Source: an uncultured bacterium
Lineage (GTDB): Bacteria > Krumholzibacteriota > Krumholzibacteriia > LZORAL124-64-63
NCBI GenBank assembly: GCA_963727525.1
Contig: CAVSGO010000007.1
Span: forward strand, 1,952,001 to 2,016,000
DNA length: 64,000 bases
Reading direction: 5' to 3'
Shown here: in pieces, positions 60,418-64,000 of the stretch
Position numbering within the stretch: the stretch's first letter is position 1
Layout: each line of letters opens with the position of its first letter
Position numbers and translations under genes: made by a program
Notes under the pieces: model-generated
Told to the model about the DNA's origin: nothing
The model's input: the letters and a program-made list of their open reading frames with translations, nothing else
Database searches by the model: none

Positions 60418-61452
60418 TCATGGCGCCAGCACGGCCGGCAGCGGTGCCGGCTGGGCGAGGAACGTGCCCTCCCACGACATGCGCGCGATCTTGCGCATGT
60501 CTTCCTCGCTGAAACCGAAGGTCTCCATCGCGATCTCGTACTCGCGGCTCAGCGACGTGCTGGACACGGTCGGATTGTCCGTGCACAGGGCTACCCTGAT
60601 GCCCGCCTCGAGGAAACGCGGCAGCGGGTGATCGGCGTACTCGGCGATGGCGCCCGTGTGGATGTTGCTGGTCAGGCAACACTCCACCAGGATGCCGTCG
60701 GCGGCGAGGCGGCGCATCAGCACCGGATCGCGTCCGGCGCTGGTGCCGTGACCGATGCGCTGCGGGTGCAGGTTGTCGATGGCCTCCCACACCCGGTCAG
60801 GACCGGTGGCCTCGCCAGCATGAACGGTGCGTCCCAGGTTCATCTTCGCCGCCAGTTCGTACGCCTTGGTGAACAGAACGGGCGGGAATGCGGGCTCGGG
60901 GCCGGCGATGTCGAAGCCGATCACGCCCGGACCGTTGTGGTAGGCTTCCTGCTCGCCGACGATCTCGCGCAGCAGGATGCGCGCCATGTTGCCGCCGTGG
61001 TTGCGCATGGCGATGATCACGATGCCGGCGCGAAAGTCCGGATGCGCTTCGCCGAACTTGGCGAAGGCCTTGCGGGTGGCATGCACGACCTGACGAGTCG
61101 AGAGACCTGCGCGGCGATGGATGAACGGATTGGTGCGGATCTCCAGCAGGCGCACGCCATCGGCGTAGGCGTCCTCGGCGATCTCGTAGGCGATGCGGTT
61201 GATGTTCTCGTAGAACTGTGTGTACTGCAACGGCAGGTGGAACTTGTCGAGGTAGTCGAGCAAGGTGCGGTCCTGGACGTCATCCCACTGCAAGTAGTGG
61301 CGAAAGCCATCAAAGTCGAGCCCCGGCACGGCCCGGTAGTACTTCTCCGAGTACTCCCAGAGCGTCGCCGGGCGGCAGGCGCCATCGAAATGGCGGTGCA
61401 ATTCCGCCTTGGGCAGGCTTTTACAGAACTCGCGGCGGTCGTCGGCTGTCAT
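60418..61452 (-). CDS. add: Adenosine deaminase
   Basis: LPKAELHRHFDG, GFDIAGPE, TVHAGE, RIGHG, CLTSN, CTDNP. Confidence 0.92.
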   Translation of the reverse strand: MTADDRREFCKSLPKAELHRHFDGACRPATLWEYSEKYYRAVPGLDFDGFRHYLQWDDVQDRTLLDYLDKFHLPLQYTQFYENINRIAYEIAEDAYADGVRLLEIRTNPFIHRRAGLSTRQVVHATRKAFAKFGEAHPDFRAGIVIIAMRNHGGNMARILLREIVGEQEAYHNGPGVIGFDIAGPEPAFPPVLFTKAYELAAKMNLGRTVHAGEATGPDRVWEAIDNLHPQRIGHGTSAGRDPVLMRRLAADGILVECCLTSNIHTGAIAEYADHPLPRFLEAGIRVALCTDNPTVSSTSLSREYEIAMETFGFSEEDMRKIARMSWEGTFLAQPAPLPAVLAP

Positions 61453-61608
61453 CTCCCGGCTCCTTTTGGGCGCACAGGATAGTCGCCGTGTGCCGGCGTG
61501 TCCAACGCCTCCTCGCGACGCCCTGACCAGTGGTCATCCGGGCGCGGCGGTGTTAGTCTGGCCCGAGCCCTAGACAACCACCGCCAAGCCTGACGGGGAG
61601 CCATCCGG

Positions 61609-62613
61609 ATGAGTCCCAGCTCGACCTTTCATCGCGACGTGCTGACCATCGACCTCGAGAATGAAGCCGACGAGATCGGCACGCGCCTGCGCGAGATCGT
61701 GACCAAGACGCTGCTGCGCCGGGGACTCGTGGTCGGCGTGAGCGGCGGGATCGACAGCAGCACGACCGCGGCCCTCGCCGTCCGTGCCCTGGGCCCGAAG
61801 CGGGTGTTCGCCGTGCTCATGCCCGAACGCGACAGTAGCACCGCCAGCGTACAACTCGGCAAGCAGCTCTGCGCACACCTCGGCATCGAGCACGTGATCG
61901 AGGACATTCAGCCCACTCTGGCGGCCATCGGTTGCTACCGGCGATACGACGACGCCGTGCGCCAGGTCTTCCCCGAGTTCGGCGAGGGCTGGAAGTCGAA
62001 GATCGTGCTGCCGCAGGACCTGCTCGAGAGCGACCGCATGAACGTGTTCCGGGTCGTCGTGGAGGATCCCTCCGGCGAGCAGCGCACGGAGCGGCTGCCC
62101 GTGGGCCCCTACCTGGAGATCGTCGCGGCCACGAACTTCAAGCAGCGCATCCGCAAGACCCTGGAGTACTACCATGCCGACCGGCTCAACTATGCCGTAT
62201 CCGGCACGCCCAATCGCCTGGAGTACGACCAGGGATTCTTCGTGAAGAACGGTGATGGCTCCGCCGACGTGAAACCGATCGCACATCTCTACAAGAGTCA
62301 GGTGTACGCCATGGCGCGGCATCTCGGCCTGCCCGACCCCATATGTTCCTCCTCCCCGACCACCGACACCTACAGCCTCGAACAAGGCCAGGACGAGTTC
62401 TACTTCGTGCTGCCCTACGCCGAGATGGACCTGCTGCTGTGGGCGCTCAACCACGGCATCCCCGCGGCGGAGGCCGCAGCCGTGCTGGACCTGACGCCGG
62501 AGCAGGTGACGCGGGTCTATCGGGACATCCAGCGCAAGCGTAACACCACGCTTCCCTTACATTTGCCTCCCCAGCTCGTGAAACCGGTCGCCGAGATCAG
62601 AAATAAATCCTAG
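61609..62613 (+). CDS. nadE: NH3-dependent NAD+ synthase family protein
   Basis: VGVSGGIDSS, NFKQRIRK, GTPNRLE, GFFVKNGDG, KPIAHLYKSQVY, PTTDT. Confidence 0.9.
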   Translation: MSPSSTFHRDVLTIDLENEADEIGTRLREIVTKTLLRRGLVVGVSGGIDSSTTAALAVRALGPKRVFAVLMPERDSSTASVQLGKQLCAHLGIEHVIEDIQPTLAAIGCYRRYDDAVRQVFPEFGEGWKSKIVLPQDLLESDRMNVFRVVVEDPSGEQRTERLPVGPYLEIVAATNFKQRIRKTLEYYHADRLNYAVSGTPNRLEYDQGFFVKNGDGSADVKPIAHLYKSQVYAMARHLGLPDPICSSSPTTDTYSLEQGQDEFYFVLPYAEMDLLLWALNHGIPAAEAAAVLDLTPEQVTRVYRDIQRKRNTTLPLHLPPQLVKPVAEIRNKS

Positions 62614-62708
62614 ATGCTCGCTTGATTTGAATACGCAGGAAGATTAATGATTTAACAACCGGTCGGACCCCGCAGAGCCCCCGGTCTGCAAATCGTCTGG
62701 GAGGCGCC

Positions 62709-63155
62709 ATGAAAGTCAATACTCGCGTCCGCTACGGACTCCGTGCGATCCTGCGTATCGCCGACGCGCACGAGATCGGACCCGTCTCGATCCACGTGAT
62801 CAGCGAGACCGAAGGCATCAGCGGCAAGTACCTCGAACAGGTCATCAGTCCACTGCGCCGAGCCGGGCTGGTCACCAGCTACAAGGGCGTCAAGGGCGGC
62901 TATACGCTGTCGCGGGCGCCGCAGGACGTCACGCTCTGGGATGTGATCTGCGCGCTCGACACGCACCCGGACCTCGTGGAGTGCGTACGGGAACCTGAGA
63001 TCTGCGACCGCTCGCCGGAATGCGTCACCCACCGCGTGTGGTGCCTCCTGAACGAGCGGATGCAGGCCTTCTGGCGTAGCTTCACCCTGGCGGATCTGCT
63101 GGCGGAGTTTCGCCTGCAGGGCACGGTCACGCCCGAGTCTTTCATACGCGACTGA
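62709..63155 (+). CDS. Rrf2 family transcriptional regulator (IscR-like)
   Basis: RYGLRA, YLEQV...LRRAGLV...GVKGGYTL, C-x6-C-x5-C-x2-H. Confidence 0.92.
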   Translation: MKVNTRVRYGLRAILRIADAHEIGPVSIHVISETEGISGKYLEQVISPLRRAGLVTSYKGVKGGYTLSRAPQDVTLWDVICALDTHPDLVECVREPEICDRSPECVTHRVWCLLNERMQAFWRSFTLADLLAEFRLQGTVTPESFIRD

Positions 63156-63347
63156 GGCCGCCGGCGCGCGTGCGCGTCGGGACGGCGACATGGCGCGGCA
63201 CGACGGCGAAATCTCGTACTGACAGGGATTTGACTTCCCTTGCCTCCCCTTCCTAATTAGGCCTGCCAGTCGCTTAACAACCTGTCGCGCGCCATGCGGC
63301 ACGCCCCTCACGGGCCATGCCTCGGGACATCGCCGAAAGGAACGGTC

Positions 63348-64000
63348 ATGGACTTCACGAGTTCGCTCCGCCGGAAGGCCGCAGCGCTGCACCGGACGAT
63401 CGTCCTTCCCGAAGCGTGGGATGAGCGCATGCTCCGCGCCGCCGCCCAGGTGCGCGACGAGGGGTTCGCCGGCATCGTCCTGCTGGGCCGGCCGGACACG
63501 ATCACGAGCGCCCTGCGGGACCTGGGTCTGGACGCCGAAGGCATCACCATCGTCGAGCACCGCCACGATATCCACTTCGCCGACTACGCATCGCGTTATT
63601 ACGACAAGCGCAAGCACAAAGGCATGACGACCGAGGCGGCCGCCGAGACGATGGCCGATCCGCTCTACTTCGGCGCCATGATGGTGGCCGAGGGCCGCGC
63701 CGACGGCATGGTGGCCGGGGCGGTGAGCGCCACGGCCGACGTGCTGAAGGCCAGCTTCCAGATCATCGGCCCCGCCCCTGGTACGAGCCTGGTCTCGAGT
63801 TGCTTCCTGATGGTGCATCCCGGCTGGACCTACGGCGATGGCGGTATCCTCGTCTTCGCCGACTGCGCCGTGAACCCCCAGCCCGATGCGGGGCAGCTCG
63901 CCGACATCGCGATCGCCTCCGCGCGCACGGCCCGAGCCCTGTGCGGCGTGGAGCCGCGCGTCGCCATGCTGAGCTACTCCACGCGCGGCAGCGGCACCGG
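63348..64000 (+). CDS. pta: Phosphate acetyltransferase (5' part; runs off the window)
   Basis: Manual translation: [11 protein letters not shown]...[15 protein letters not shown]...[22 protein letters not shown]...SSCFLM...[10 protein letters not shown]...LADIA...[11 protein letters not shown]. Confidence 0.93.
   Translation, partial: MDFTSSLRRKAAALHRTIVLPEAWDERMLRAAAQVRDEGFAGIVLLGRPDTITSALRDLGLDAEGITIVEHRHDIHFADYASRYYDKRKHKGMTTEAAAETMADPLYFGAMMVAEGRADGMVAGAVSATADVLKASFQIIGPAPGTSLVSSCFLMVHPGWTYGDGGILVFADCAVNPQPDAGQLADIAIASARTARALCGVEPRVAMLSYSTRGSGT

Noticed and set aside
60284..60790. 168-aa minus-strand ORF bridging add and pfk
   Set aside because: Mostly an alternative frame of add, with Arg/Pro-rich non-coding-like composition

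Overview
Very GC-rich, gene-dense bacterial chromosome segment, mostly coded on the minus strand. Gene content (DUF4159/DUF4175 cluster, Bacteroidota-type 'AsnB' hypothetical, C-x-F-x-P lipoproteins, outer-membrane barrel) suggests a diderm of the wider FCB group, e.g. Krumholzibacteriota/Latescibacterota-like; this is inference only. In order: an arsR-arsM-class V PLP enzyme operon with a clear operator palindrome; a cNMP-domain/aspartase fusion; a translationally coupled run of giant NtrY-like kinase, DUF4159, DUF4175, TPR protein and secreted amidotransferase-like protein; secF-secD; a YibQ-type deacetylase; a beta-barrel plus two similar lipoproteins; rsmA, tatD, ricT, holB, envC, ftsX, ftsE; a plus-strand trio (GT2-TPR, sensor propeller, sulfatase-like-TPR); a ~1.2 kb IS1-like element with 19-bp terminal inverted repeats between two fragments of a secreted-protein gene; surA, a second PPIase, mfd; nifU-nifS; moxR-DUF58-BatA; a PP2C phosphatase; a GT-C-like membrane protein, pfk, add; nadE, an Rrf2/IscR-like regulator and a partial pta. 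No rRNA, tRNA or CRISPR array was seen. Most of the window is housekeeping. The best leads for undescribed biology are the ArsR-controlled ArsM plus PLP enzyme pairing, the ligand-domain aspartase fusion, the barrel/twin-lipoprotein module and the split MoxR/DUF4159/DUF4175 envelope system.
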